Origin: Mobula hypostoma
Lineage: Eukaryota
Length of the DNA: 64,000 nt
Direction of reading: 5' to 3'
NCBI RefSeq assembly: GCF_963921235.1
Contig: NC_086097.1
Coordinates: forward strand, 310,001 to 374,000
A program made the position numbers and the translations under genes. How positions within the stretch are numbered: the stretch's first letter is position 1; the number at the start of each line of letters is the position of its first letter. The notes beneath the pieces are model-generated. The model was given only the letters and a program-made list of their open reading frames with translations. It ran no database searches and was not told the origin of the DNA. Below, piece after piece: positions 1-11,729 of the stretch.

Positions 1-364
1 ATCTGAATATAGGGTTAGTAAAGAAAATAAAAAGAAAAAGGCCCCATTTTAAGAGAAAAGTCAGAAGTGCACGTTGGCACTCATAAATACAGCCATTCAT
101 CAACCATCAACCTCTTCCAAGCGTCATCTACCTTCAGACCCTCGCTCCCGGTCCACTCCGTCCAGTGGTCTACCAGCTGTCTCCGTACGTGTCTTCCTTC
201 TTCTCCTCTTGCTGACCAAAGACCGCGAAAATCTCTCTTCCAAACTCACAAGAAACAACAGCATGTCTCATTGGATAGGCCCCCCCACATTCCAAGCCCT
301 GTTATCTCCAGTCATAACCCAAACATTGCTGCTACAGAGAAACCATTACATTAGCAGTGAAACC

Positions 365-1580
365 TTACAGCGTGCTACATCTATGTATCTTTATCTTATG
401 GACAAGTCTTTTATGCACTTTATCGAACGCCTTCTGGAAATCCAAGTAAATAATGTCCATCTGTTCCCCTTTATGCACTGTGCTCATTATATCCTCAAAG
501 AACTCCAGTAAGTTTGCCAAACAGGACCTGCCTTTGCTGAATCCATGTTGCGTCTGCCTGATGAATCCATTGCTTTCCAGATGCCTCGCAATTTCTTTAA
601 AGATAGCTTCAAGCATTTTCCCAACTACAGATGTTAAACTAACTGGCCTAGTTACCTGCCTTTTGTTTACATCTTTTTTTGAACAGAATCAGAATCAGGT
701 TTATTATTACCAGCATGTGACATGAAATTTGTCTCACAGTGGCATGACATTCGCCGTCTTCCAATCCGTTGGGACCTGCCCAGAGTCCTGAGAATTTTGG
801 TAAATTATCACCAAAGCCTCTACTATAACTTCTGCCATTTCTTTCAATACCCTTGGATGCATTCATCAGGTCCAGGGGACTTTACTCTTTTCAGGCCCAC
901 AAGTTTACTCAGCACTACCTCTTTAGTGATAGCTACTGTATCGAGGTCCTCATCTCCTATTGGATCCATAACATCTCTCTTTGGCATGTTAGACGTGTCC
1001 TCCACCGTGAAGACCGACACATAATAGTCATTCAAAGCCTCTGCCATTTCCTCATTACCCAATGTCAATTCCCCCTTCTCGTCCTTCAAGGAACCTACAT
1101 TCACTTTAGCCACCCTTTTCTGCTTTATATAATAAAAAGTTTTACTATCTTTTTTTTATATTTTGTGCTCATTTATTTTCATAAACTAGCTTCCCTTTCT
1201 TTATTGCTCACTTTGTGAGCAATAAAGTTTTAAAGTTTTCTCAATTTTCCAGTTACCCACAATCCTTGGCGACTTTGTAACCATGAATGGTTCAGCACAG
1301 CCAAGAAGGGCCAAAAGGCCTGTTTCTGTGCTGTAGTTTTTCTATGGTTTCTATGAGCTTTTAGTTTGATGCCTTCTTTTATTTCCTTAGTTTCCAAGGC
1401 TGGCTCTCCCCACTTTCACTGTCCTTGCTTTCAACTGGAATATACTTTTGTTGAGCACCGTGAAAAATCTCTGAAAGTCTTCCACTGTTCCTCAACTGTC
1501 CCACCATATAGCCTGTGTTCCCAGTCTACACTAGCCAAATCCTCCGTCATCCCATTGTAGTCTCCATTGTTCAGGCATAA
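365..1580 (-). mobile_element. Degenerate CR1 LINE ORF2 fragment (RT region), interrupted by short LINE tails
   Basis: ORF pieces QHGFSKGRSCLANLLEFFE, YLDFQKAFDKV and KSPGPD. Confidence 0.85.
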
Positions 1581-3586
1581 TACAGAATCAGAATCAGGTT
1601 TATAAACACTGGCAGGTGTCGTGAAATTTGTGAACTTAGCAGCAGTAGTTCAGTGCAAAACATACAGAAGAAGAAAAAGAAATAATAAGTATATGAATAA
1701 GACCATAAGACAAAGGAGCAGAAGTCGGCCATTCGGCCCATCGAGTCTGCTCCGCAATTTTATTATGAGCTGATCTATTCTCCCATTTAGTCCCACTCCC
1801 CTGCCTTCTCACCATAACCATTGAGGCCCTGGCTACTCAGATACTTATCACTCTCTGCCTTAAATACACCCAATGACTTGACCTCCACTGCTGCCCGTGG
1901 CAACAAATTCCATAGATTCACCACCCTCTGGCTAAAAAAATTTCTTCGCATTTCTGTTCTGAATGGGAGCCCTTCAACCCTTAAGTCATGCCCTCTTGTA
2001 CTGGACTCCTCCATCATGGGAAACAACTTTGCCACATACACTCTATCCATGCCTTTCATCATTCGAAATGTTTCTATGAGGTCTCCCCTCATTCTTCTAA
2101 ACTCCAAGGAGTACAGTCCAAGAGCGGACAAACGTTCCTCATAGGTTAACCCTCTCATTCCCGGAATCATTCTACTGAATCTTCTCTGAACCCTCTCCAA
2201 CATCAGCACATCCTTTCTTAAATAAGGAGACCAAAACTGCACAGTACTCCAAGTGAGGTCTTACCAGTGCCTTATAGAGCCTCAACATCACATCCCTGCT
2301 CCTATACTCTATTCCTCTAGAAATGAATCCCAACTTTTCATTCGCCTTCTTCACCACGGACTCAACCTGGAGGTTAACCTTAAGGGTATCCTGCACGAGG
2401 ACTCCCAAGTCCCGATGCATCTCCGAACCTTGAATTCTTTCCCTATTTAAATAATAGTCTGCCCGTTTATTTCTTCTGCCAAAGTGCATAACCATACACT
2501 TTCCAACATTGTATTTCATTTGCCACTTCTTTGCCCATTCTCCCAATCTATCCAAGTCTCCCTGCAGAGTCTCTGTTTCCTCAGCACTACTGGCCCCTCC
2601 ACCTATCTTTGTATCATCAGCAGACTTAGCTACAAAGCCATCTATTCCATAATCCAAATCGTTGATGTACAACGTAAAAAGAAGCGGCCCCAACACGGAC
2701 CCCTGTGGAACACCAACCAGAATGGGATCCCTTTATTCCCACTCTCTGTTTCCTGCCAATCAGCCAATGCTCTATCCACGTATGTAACTTTCCCATAATT
2801 CCATGGGCTCTTACCTTGTTTAGCAGCCTCATGCGCAACACCTTGTCAAAGGTCTTCTGAAAATCCAAATACACAACATCCACTGCATCTCCCTTGTCTA
2901 GCCTACTTGTAATTTCCTCAAAAAATGGCAATAGGTTTGACAGGCAGGATTTTCCTTTAAGGAAACCATGCTGAGTTTGTCTATCTTGTCATATGCCTCC
3001 AGGCACTCCGTAACCTCATCCTTGACAATCGACTCCAACAACTTCCCAACCACCGATGCCAAGCTAACAGATCTATAATTTCCTTTTTGCTTCCTTGCCC
3101 CCTTCTTAAATAGCAGAGTGGCATTTGCAATCTTCCAGTCCTCTGGAACCATGCCAGAATCTATCGACTTTTGAAAGATCATTGCTAATTCCTCCGCAAT
3201 CTCTACAGCTACTTCCTTCAGAACACGAGGGTGCATTCCATCTGGTCCGGGAGATTTATGTACCCTTAGACTATTCAGCTTCCTGAGTACTTTCTCTGCC
3301 GTAATTGTGACTGCGCACAGTTCACTTCCCTGACACTCTTGAGTGTCCGGTATACTGCTGACGTCTTCCTCAATGAAGACTTGTTCAAAATACTCATTCA
3401 GCTCCTCCGCCATCTCCTTATCTCCCATTACAATTTCCCCAGCATCATTTTCTATTGGTCCTATATCTACTCTCACCTGTCTTTTACTCTTTATATACTT
3501 GAAAAATCTTTTATAATCCTCTTTGATATTATTTGCTAGCTTCTTTCATAGTTCATCTTTTCCCTCTTAATGACCTTCTTAGTTTC

Positions 3587-3892
3587 CTTTTGGATTGGGA
3601 ATACAGAGCGTTGTGGGAGCTGAATTCTGAAGGAAGGCAGTTTTTTAAAAAAAACTTCTTCGAGTGCAAGAAGGATGAGACTGCGCAGGCACATGACGTC
3701 AACAGGACAGTGTGGAGAGTTTAAAAAGGCAGGTTGCTACCAACGGCTGTCTTTTGGATGGGGACGACAGAGCGTCGTGGGAACTGAATTCTGAAGGAAG
3801 GCAGTTTTTTAAAAAAACTACTTCAAGTGCCAGAAGGACGAGACTGCGCAGGCGCGTGACGTCAACAGGACCGCGTGGAGAGTTTAAAAAGG
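3587..3892 (+). promoter_or_regulatory. Two tandem ~164-bp 5'-UTR monomers of CR1 with NRF1-like, CRE and TATA-like motifs (putative internal Pol II promoter)
   Basis: direct repeat starting at 3587 and 3751; each unit has TGCGCAGGC, TGACGTCA and TTTAAAAA. Confidence 0.6.
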
Positions 3893-6800
3893 AGATCATG
3901 TAGCGGTGTGCTACACACAGCGCTAGAATAACCACACGGAGTCGGTGAGTTAGAGTTGCGATGAAAGAGATTTATTCAAACTTCGCGGCCTGCTTTGAAG
4001 CCTTCCTGTTCCCGCCCTCCCTGGGGCGGGACTGCTGTGGGGAATGCATATTCCCAGACCCTTTCCGCGCGCGGAATTTTCCCCCTGCTGGTGAAGATGG
4101 CCTGGCGCCCTTTTTGGGGCCGGCCCTCTGCCTGCGTGCGCTGTTGTGACCCGGTTCGTGTGTGCCAGAAAGTGGGTTGCCACAACCACCTTATACAGCG
4201 GGCAGCTGTTGGAGCTGGCAGCAGAGTGAGTGGGAGCAGAGTGCAGGGTTTTGGCTTCAGCGGTAAACGGGAATAGGCGAGAGCAAAGCACCAACTTTTT
4301 TTTCTCCCCCCGCCCTTTCGTGAATTGGACCGGACAGACAGGAACAGCAGGGCTCTCACAGCTAACGGTACGAGCATCTGCGCCAGGTGCACCGAGATGC
4401 GGCTCCTCAGAGACCATGTTAGGGATCTGGAGCTGCAGCTTGATGATCTGCTTATCAGGGAAAGTGAAGAAGTGATAGGAGCTACAGGGAGTAGTCATCC
4501 CTAGGCTACAGGGGTCAGAAAACTGGGTCACTGTCAAGAGAGGGAAGGGAAATGCCCGGATAGTGGAGAGCACACCTGTGGCTGTCCCCCTCAGCAACAA
4601 ATATCTTGTTCTGGATCCTGTTGAGGGGGATGACCTGACAGGGGATGCCCACGGTGACCGGATCTCTGGCACTGAGCCTGGCGCTGTTGTGCAGGAGAAG
4701 GAGGGAGAAGAGGAATGCGGTAGTCATAGGGGATTCCATAGTCAGGGGAACGGACAGGAGGTTCTGTGAGCCTGATAGAGATACCCGCATGGTGTGTTGC
4801 CTCCCAGGTGCCAGGGTACGGGATGTCTCGGATCGGGTTCTGAATATTCTGAAGGGGGAGGGCGAGCAGCCAGTTGTCTTGGTACATGTTGGTACCAATG
4901 ACATAGAGAGGACAAAGGAGGAGGTCCTGAAGAGAGATTTCTGGGAGTTAAGAAGGAAGCTGAGAAGCAGGACCTCCAGGGTAGTAATCTTGGGATTGCT
5001 ACCTGTGCCACGTGCTAGCGAGGGCAAGAATAGTAGGATCAGGCAGATGAATGCATGGTTGAGAGATTGGTGCAGGGGGCAGGGCTTCAGATTCTTGGAT
5101 AATTGGGATCTCTTCTGGGGGAAGTATGACCTGTTCAAAAAGGACAGGTTACACCTGAACCCGAAGGGGACCAATATCCTGGCGGGAATTTAATAGAGCT
5201 GTTAGGGAGGGTTTAAACTAATTTGGCAGGGGGATGGGAACCGGAATGACAGCGGAGGAAGGGGAAAACAGAAATAAATCTAAGATAGTGAGCAGTAAAG
5301 ATGTCAGGAAAGACAGGCAGGTGATGGGGCAAATTTGTAGCCATTGGGATGAGTTGCAGTGCAATAAAGTTGCAGTGAAATCAAAGCGAAAAGTACCAAA
5401 TACTGGTCTTGAGGTGTTATACTTAAATGCACGCAGCATAAGGAATAGGTGGATGATCTTGTCGTACAGCTACAGATTGGCAGGTATGATATTGTGGCCA
5501 TCACAGAGACCTGGCTAAAGGATGCATGTTTCTGGGAGTTGAACATCCAGGGATACACGGTGTATCGGAAGGATAGGAAGGTAGGCAGAGGGGAGGCGTG
5601 GCTTTATTGGTAAGAAATGATATTAAATCATTAGAAAGAGGTGATATAGGATCGGAAGGTGCAGAATCTTTATGGGTTGAGCTAAGAAATTACAGGGGTA
5701 AAAGGACCCTGTTGGCAGTTATTTATAGGCCTCCAAATAGCTGCAGGGATGTGGACTACAAATTACAACAGGAAATAGAAAAGGCTTGTCAGAAGGGCAG
5801 TGTTATGATAATTGTGGAGGATTTTAACATGCGAGTGGATTGGGAAAATCAGGTCGGCACTGGATCTCAAAAGAGAGAATTTGTAGAATGTCTGCAAGAT
5901 GGCTTTTTAGAACAGCATGTTGTTGAGCCCACTGGGGGATCGGCTGTACTGGATTGGGTATTGTGTAATGAACCGGAGGTGATTAGAGAGATTGAGATGA
6001 AGGAACCCTTAGGAGGCAGTGATCATAACATGATTGAGTGCACTGTGAAATTTGAAAAAGAGAAGCCGAAATCTAATGTGTCGGTATTTCAGTGGAGTAA
6101 AGGAAATTACAGTGGTATGAGAGAAGTCAAAGCCAAAGTTAAAGCAAAGGAGAGGGCATACAAGGAAGCAAAAATTAGTGGGAAGACGGAGGATTGGGAA
6201 GATTGCAATGTCAATCCGCTATTTAAGAAGGGGGCAAGGAAGCAAAAAGGAAATTATAGACCTGTTAGCTTGACATCGGTGGTTGGGAAGTTGTTGGAGT
6301 CGATTATCAAGGATGAGGTTACAGAGTACCTGGAGGCATATAACAAGATAGGCAGAACTCAGCATAGATTCCTTAAAGGAAAATCCTGCTTGACAAACCT
6401 ATTACAATTTTTTGAGGAAATTACAAGTAGGCTAGACAAGGGAGATGCAGTGGATGTTGTATATTTGGATTTTCGGAAGGCCTTTTACAAGGTGCCACAC
6501 ATGAGGCTACTTAACAAGATAAGAGCCCATGGAATTACGGGAAAGTTACATACGTGGGTAGAGCGTTGGCTGATTGGCAGGAAACAGAGACTGGGAATAA
6601 AGGGATCCTATTCTGGTTGGTTGTCAGCTACCAGTGGTGTTCCACAGGGGTCCGTGTTGGGGCTGCTTCTTTTTACATTGTACATCAACGATTTGGATTA
6701 TGGAATAGATTCAAAGATTCAAAAAACTTTATTGTAATTCAAACCGTACATCAGCTCTGCAGGGCAGAATGAGACAGCATTTCTCAGGAGCAGTGCAATC

Positions 6801-7802
6801 ATAACATAACAAACGCAACACTAAATAATAAACATAACAATAAATAGTAAAACACAACAGCCACATGTCTTTGTGGCTAAGTTTGCTGATGATACGAAGA
6901 TAGGTCGTGCTGAGGAAACGGAGAGTCTGCAGAGAGACTTGGATAGATTGGAAGAATGGGCAGAGAAGTGGCAAATGAAGTACAATGTTGGAAAGTGTAT
7001 GGTTATGCACTTTGGCAGAAATAATAAATGGGCAGACTATTATTTAAATAGGAAAAGAATTCAAAGTTCGGAGATGCAGCGGGACTTGGGAGTCCTCGTA
7101 CAGGATACCCTTAAGGTTTACCTCCGGGTTGAGTCGGTAGTGAAGAAGGCGAATGCAATGTTGGCATTCATTTCTGGAAGAATAGAGTATAGGAGCAGGG
7201 ATGTGATGTTGAGGCTCTATAAGGTGCTGGTGAAACCTCACTTGGAGTACTGTGGGCAGTTTTGGTCTCCTTATTTAAGGAAGGATGTGCTGATGTTGGA
7301 GAGGGTACAGAGAAGATTCACTAGAATGATTTCTGGGAATGATAGAGTTAACATATGAGGAACGCTTGTCTGCTCTTGGACTGTATTCCTTGGAGTTTAG
7401 AAGAATGAGGGGAGACCTGATAGAAACATTTTGAATGTTGAAAGGCATGGACAGAGTGGATGTGGCAAAGTTGTTTCCCATGATGGGGGAGTCTAGTACG
7501 AGAGGGCATGACTTAAGGATTGAAGGGCGCCCATTCAGAACAGAAATGCGAAGAAATTTTTTTAGTCAGGGGGTGGTGAATCTATGGAATTTGTTGCCAC
7601 GGGCGGCAGTGGAGGCCAAGTCATTGGGTGTATTTAAGGCGGAGATTGATAGGTATCTGAGTAGCCAGGGCATCAAAGGTTATGGTGAGAAGGTGGTGGA
7701 GTGGGACTAAATGGGAGAATGGATCTGCTCATGATGGAATGGCGGAGCAGACTCGATGGGCCGAATGGCCGACTTCTGCTCCTTTGTGTTATGGTCTTAT
7801 GG
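3587..7802 (+). mobile_element. Full-length, internally deleted CR1 LINE, subfamily A: 5' monomers, ORF1 (SGNH esterase), ORF2 (APE-RT), 3' stem-loop and tail
   Basis: ORF1 VIGDSIVRG..VHVGTND..DRLHLN; ORF2 YLNARS, GSDH, FADD; ends ttatggtcttatgg. Confidence 0.92.
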
Positions 7803-9710
7803 TAAGCTTTTAAAAATTTCCCGATCCTCTGTATTCTCACTAATTTTTGCTTCCTTGTATGCCCTCTCCTATGCTTTAACTTGGCTTTGACTTCTCCTGT
7901 CAGCCACGGTTGCATCCTTTTTCTATTCGAAAATTTCTTCTTTTTTGGAATATATCTGTCTTGCCCCTTCCTCACTTCTCGCATAAACTCCAGCCACTGC
8001 TGCTCTGCCATCCTTCCCACCAGTGTCCCTTTCCAGTCAACTTTGGCCAGTTCCTTTCTCATGCCATTGTAATTTCCTTTACTCCGGACACATTAGATTT
8101 CGGCTTCTCTTTTCCAAATTTCACAGTGAAGTCAATCATGTTATGATCACTGCCTCCTAAGGGTTCCTTGACCCCAATCTCTTTAATCACTTCTGGTTCA
8201 TTACGCAATACCCAATCCAGCACAGCCGATCCCCGAGTGGGCTCAACAACAAGCTGTTCTAAAAAGCCATCTTGCAGACATTCTACAAATTCTCTCTCTC
8301 GAGATCCAGTGCCGACCTGATTTTCCCAATCCACTCGCATGTTAAAATCCCCCACAATTATCATAACACTGCCATTCTGGCAAGCCTTTTCTATTTCCTG
8401 TTGTATTTTGTAGTCCACATCAATGCATCTGTTAGGAGGCCTGTATATAACTGCCATCAGAGTCCTTTTACCCCTGCGATTTCTTAGCTCAACCCATAAA
8501 GATTCTGCACCTTCCGATCCTATGTCACCTCTTTCTAATGATTTAATATAATTTCTTACCAATAAAACCACTCCACCCCTCTGCCTACCTGCCTATCCTT
8601 CCGATACACTGTGTATCCTTGGATGTTCAGCTCCCAGAGACATGCATCCTTTAGCCATGTCTCTGTGATGGCCACAATATCATACCTGCCAATCTGTAGC
8701 TGTACGACAAGATCATCCACCTTATTCCTTATGCTGCGTGCATTTAAGTATAACACCTTAAGTCCAGTATTTGGTACTTTTTGCTTTGATTGCACTGCAA
8801 CTTTATTGCACTGCAACTCATCCCAATGGCTGCAAGTTTGCCCCATCACCTGCCTGTCTTTCCTGACATCTTTATTGCTCACTATCTTAGATTTAATTCT
8901 GTTTTCCCCTTCGTCTGCTCTGTCATTCTGGTTCCCATCCCCCTGCCAAATTAGTTTAAACCCTCCCTAACAGCTCTATTAAACCTTCCCGCCAGGATAT
9001 TAGTCACCTTCGGGTTCAGGTGTAACCTGTCTTTTTTGAACAGGTCATACTTCCCCCAGAAGAGATCCCAATTATCCAAGAATCTGAAGCCCTGCCCCCT
9101 GCACCAACCTCCCAGCCATGGATTCATCTGCCTGATCCTACTATTCTTGCCCTCGCTAGCACGTGGCATAGGTAGCAATCCTGAGATTACTACCCTGGAG
9201 GTCCTGCTTCTTAGCTTCCTTCCTAACTCCCGGAAATCTCTCTTCAGGACCTCCTCCCTTTTCCTATCTATGTCATTGGTACCAACACGTACCAAGACAG
9301 CTGGCTGCTCGCCCTCTCCCTTCAGAATATTCTGGACCCGATCTGAGACATCCTGTGCCCTGGCACCTGGGAGGCAACACACCATGCGGGTATCTCTATC
9401 AGGCTCACCGAATCTCCTGTCTGATCCCCTATGACTACCGTATTCCTCTTCTCCCTCCTTCTCTCCTGTACAACAGCACCAGTCTCAGTGCCTGAGACCC
9501 GGTCACCGTGGCCGTCCCCTGTCAGGTCATCCCCCTGAACAGCATCCAAAACGATATACTTGTTGCTGAGAGGGGCAGCCACAGGGGTGCTCTCCACTAT
9601 CCTGGCATTTCCCTTCCCTCTCCTGACAGTCACCCAGTTTTCTGACCGCTGTAGCCTTGGGATGAGTACCTCCCTGTAGCTCCTGTCTATCATCTCCTCA
9701 CTCTCCCTAA

Positions 9711-9975
9711 TAGATTAGATTATGAGGACACGCGGTCCTCTTTTATTGTTATTTAGTAATGCATGCATTAAGAAATGATACAATGTTTTTCCAGGATGAT
9801 ATCACAGAAACACATGACAAACCAAGACTGAAAAACTGACAAAAGCTACATAATTATAACATATAGCTGCTACAGTGCAAAGCAATACCGTAATTTGATA
9901 AGAACAGACCATGGGCACTGTACAGTCTCAAAGTCTCTCGAAAGTCCCATCATCTCACGCAGACGGTAAACCTCC
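9711..9975 (-). mobile_element. 5'-truncated copy of an unclassified non-autonomous retroelement with (TCTAA)n tail, inserted into CR1 ORF1
   Basis: homologous to 47621-47860; interrupts CR1 ORF1. Confidence 0.7.
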
Positions 9976-10344
9976 GGTAGGTCATCAAGCTGCAGCTCCA
10001 GATCCCAACACGGTCTCTGAGGAGCTGCATCTCGGTGCACCTGATGCAGATGTGGCCATCAGGGAGGCTGGAGGTCTCCCAAGATTCCCACATCTGACAC
10101 CCTGAACAAAGCACTAACCCTGCAGACATACTACCTAATTCTACAGGAATGAAACAAGGAAAAATAAGTCTACTCACCCACTTACCTCACCAAACACATG
10201 AACACACAAATTAATTAATTAATTACAGTATAAGTATATTGAATAGATTAAAAATCATGCTAAAGTCATGGCAAAAATAGGAAAACAGATTATTATCTGA
10301 ATGGTGGCCGATTAGGAAAAGGGGAGGTGCAACGAGACCTGGGA

Positions 10345-11145
10345 TCATTAATGACAGCAGAAGGGAAACCACGATCTTTAAAGAGGACATTTGAGATATC
10401 CTGGAACGGAAAACCTCATCCTCAGAGCAGATGCGGCGGAGACAGAGGAACTGGGAATAGGGAGTGGCATTTTTGCATGTGGCGGGGTGGGAAGAGGTAT
10501 AGTTGAGGTAGTTATGAGAGTCAGTGGGCTTGTAGAAGATGTTAGTGGACAGTCTGTCTCCAGAGATGGAGACCGAGAGATCAAGAAGGGGGAGAGAAGT
10601 GTCCAAGATAGACCAAGTGAATTTGAGGGCTGGGTGGAAGTTAAAAGTAAAGTCGATGAAATTGACGAGCTCAGCATGGGTGCAGAAAGCAGCACCAATG
10701 TAGTCGTCAATGTACCGAAGGAAAAGTTGGGGAGCAGTACCAGAATAGGTTTGGAGCACAGACTGTTCCACATAATCAACGAAGAGGCAGGCATAGCTAG
10801 GGCCCATGCGAGTTCCCATAGCTACACCCTTGGTCTGAAGAAAGTGGGAAGAGCCAAAAGAGAAGTTATTGAGTGTGAGAACCAGTTCCGCCAACTGGAG
10901 GAGGGTAGTGGTGGTGGGGAACTGGTGAGGTCTATTATCCAGAAAGTAGCAGAGGGCTTTGAGGCCTTCTTCATGGGGAATAGAGGTGTATAGGGATTGG
11001 ACATCCATAGTGAAAATGAAGCGGTTGGGACTGGGGAACTGGAAGTTATTGAAGAGGTGGAGGGCATGGGATGTATCCCGGATGTAGGTGGGGAGAGACT
11101 GAACTATGGGTGACAAAATGGAGTCCAGGTAGGCAGATACAACTT
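10345..11145 (-). mobile_element. Penelope-like element reverse transcriptase fragment
   Basis: FTMDVQSLYTSIPH, QTKGVAMGTRMGPSYACLF, FLRYIDD. Confidence 0.9.
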
Positions 11146-11302
11146 CTTTACAGGGCCTCTGCCCCTTCCCCCTACAGTCCTGACGAAGGGTTCCAGCCCG
11201 AAACGTCGACCGATCTTTTCCACTGATGCTGCCCGACCTGCTGAGTTCCTCCAGCATGTTGTGAGTGTTGCTTTGACCCCAGCATCTGCAGATTATTTTG
11301 TG
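11146..11302 (+). mobile_element. Penelope pseudo-LTR fragment, inverted relative to the adjacent RT
   Basis: homologous to the termini at 56500-56670 and 53309-53430. Confidence 0.75.
11176..11211 (+). ncRNA. Minimal type-I hammerhead ribozyme (Penelope type)
   Basis: gtc-CTGACGA-a-GGGT tcca GCCC-GAAA-cgTC-gac: intact core, stem I, stem II, and palindromic ACGT in place of stem III. Confidence 0.75.
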
Positions 11303-11729
11303 TCCCGGATGGTAGCAGCTGGAATAGATTGTGGTTGGGGTGACTCGGGTCCCCAATGATCCTACGGGCCCTTTTTACACACCTGTCCTTGTAAATGTCC
11401 TGAATCGTGGGAAGTTCACAACTGCAGATGAGCTGGGGTGTGGTGACTTTTTATTCAATCTACTACAAAAGGCTTACCTGTTAGTTTCCTGTGCCTCCTC
11501 ACCGAAGCCTCTTGAGAGAAAGTCTCAAGTTCCCACTCATACACTGGTCCACTCACACAATGGCCGCTCTGCTTTGACCCTGCTTTACTTCTATTTGCTC
11601 CTGTTAATGAATTGTGAATCAATTGGTCTGCCGTTAATGTGCTGAGCTCCATAAAACGCTCCTTTTTGTAACACTTCTCCCCGACCTGTGCAAAGTGCTC
11701 CCTGTCTACAAATCGATTGGTCCGCCAAC

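Larger units (their letters stand above)
1701..10190 (-). mobile_element. Near full-length CR1 LINE, subfamily A, split into 1701-3593 and 7803-~10190 by an antisense insertion
   Basis: (TCTTATGG)-type tail at 1701; RT at 2172-3476; APE at 8059-8882; esterase ORF1 at 8951-9693; Zn-finger N-terminus CSGCQMW..HICIRC at 9990-10130. The two halves join seamlessly when compared with the copy at 60980-61030. Confidence 0.9.

Noticed and set aside
67..511. Plus-strand ORFs at the window start and the many ORFs antisense to LINE coding regions
   Set aside because: No recognisable domains; these are shadow ORFs of repeat sequence.
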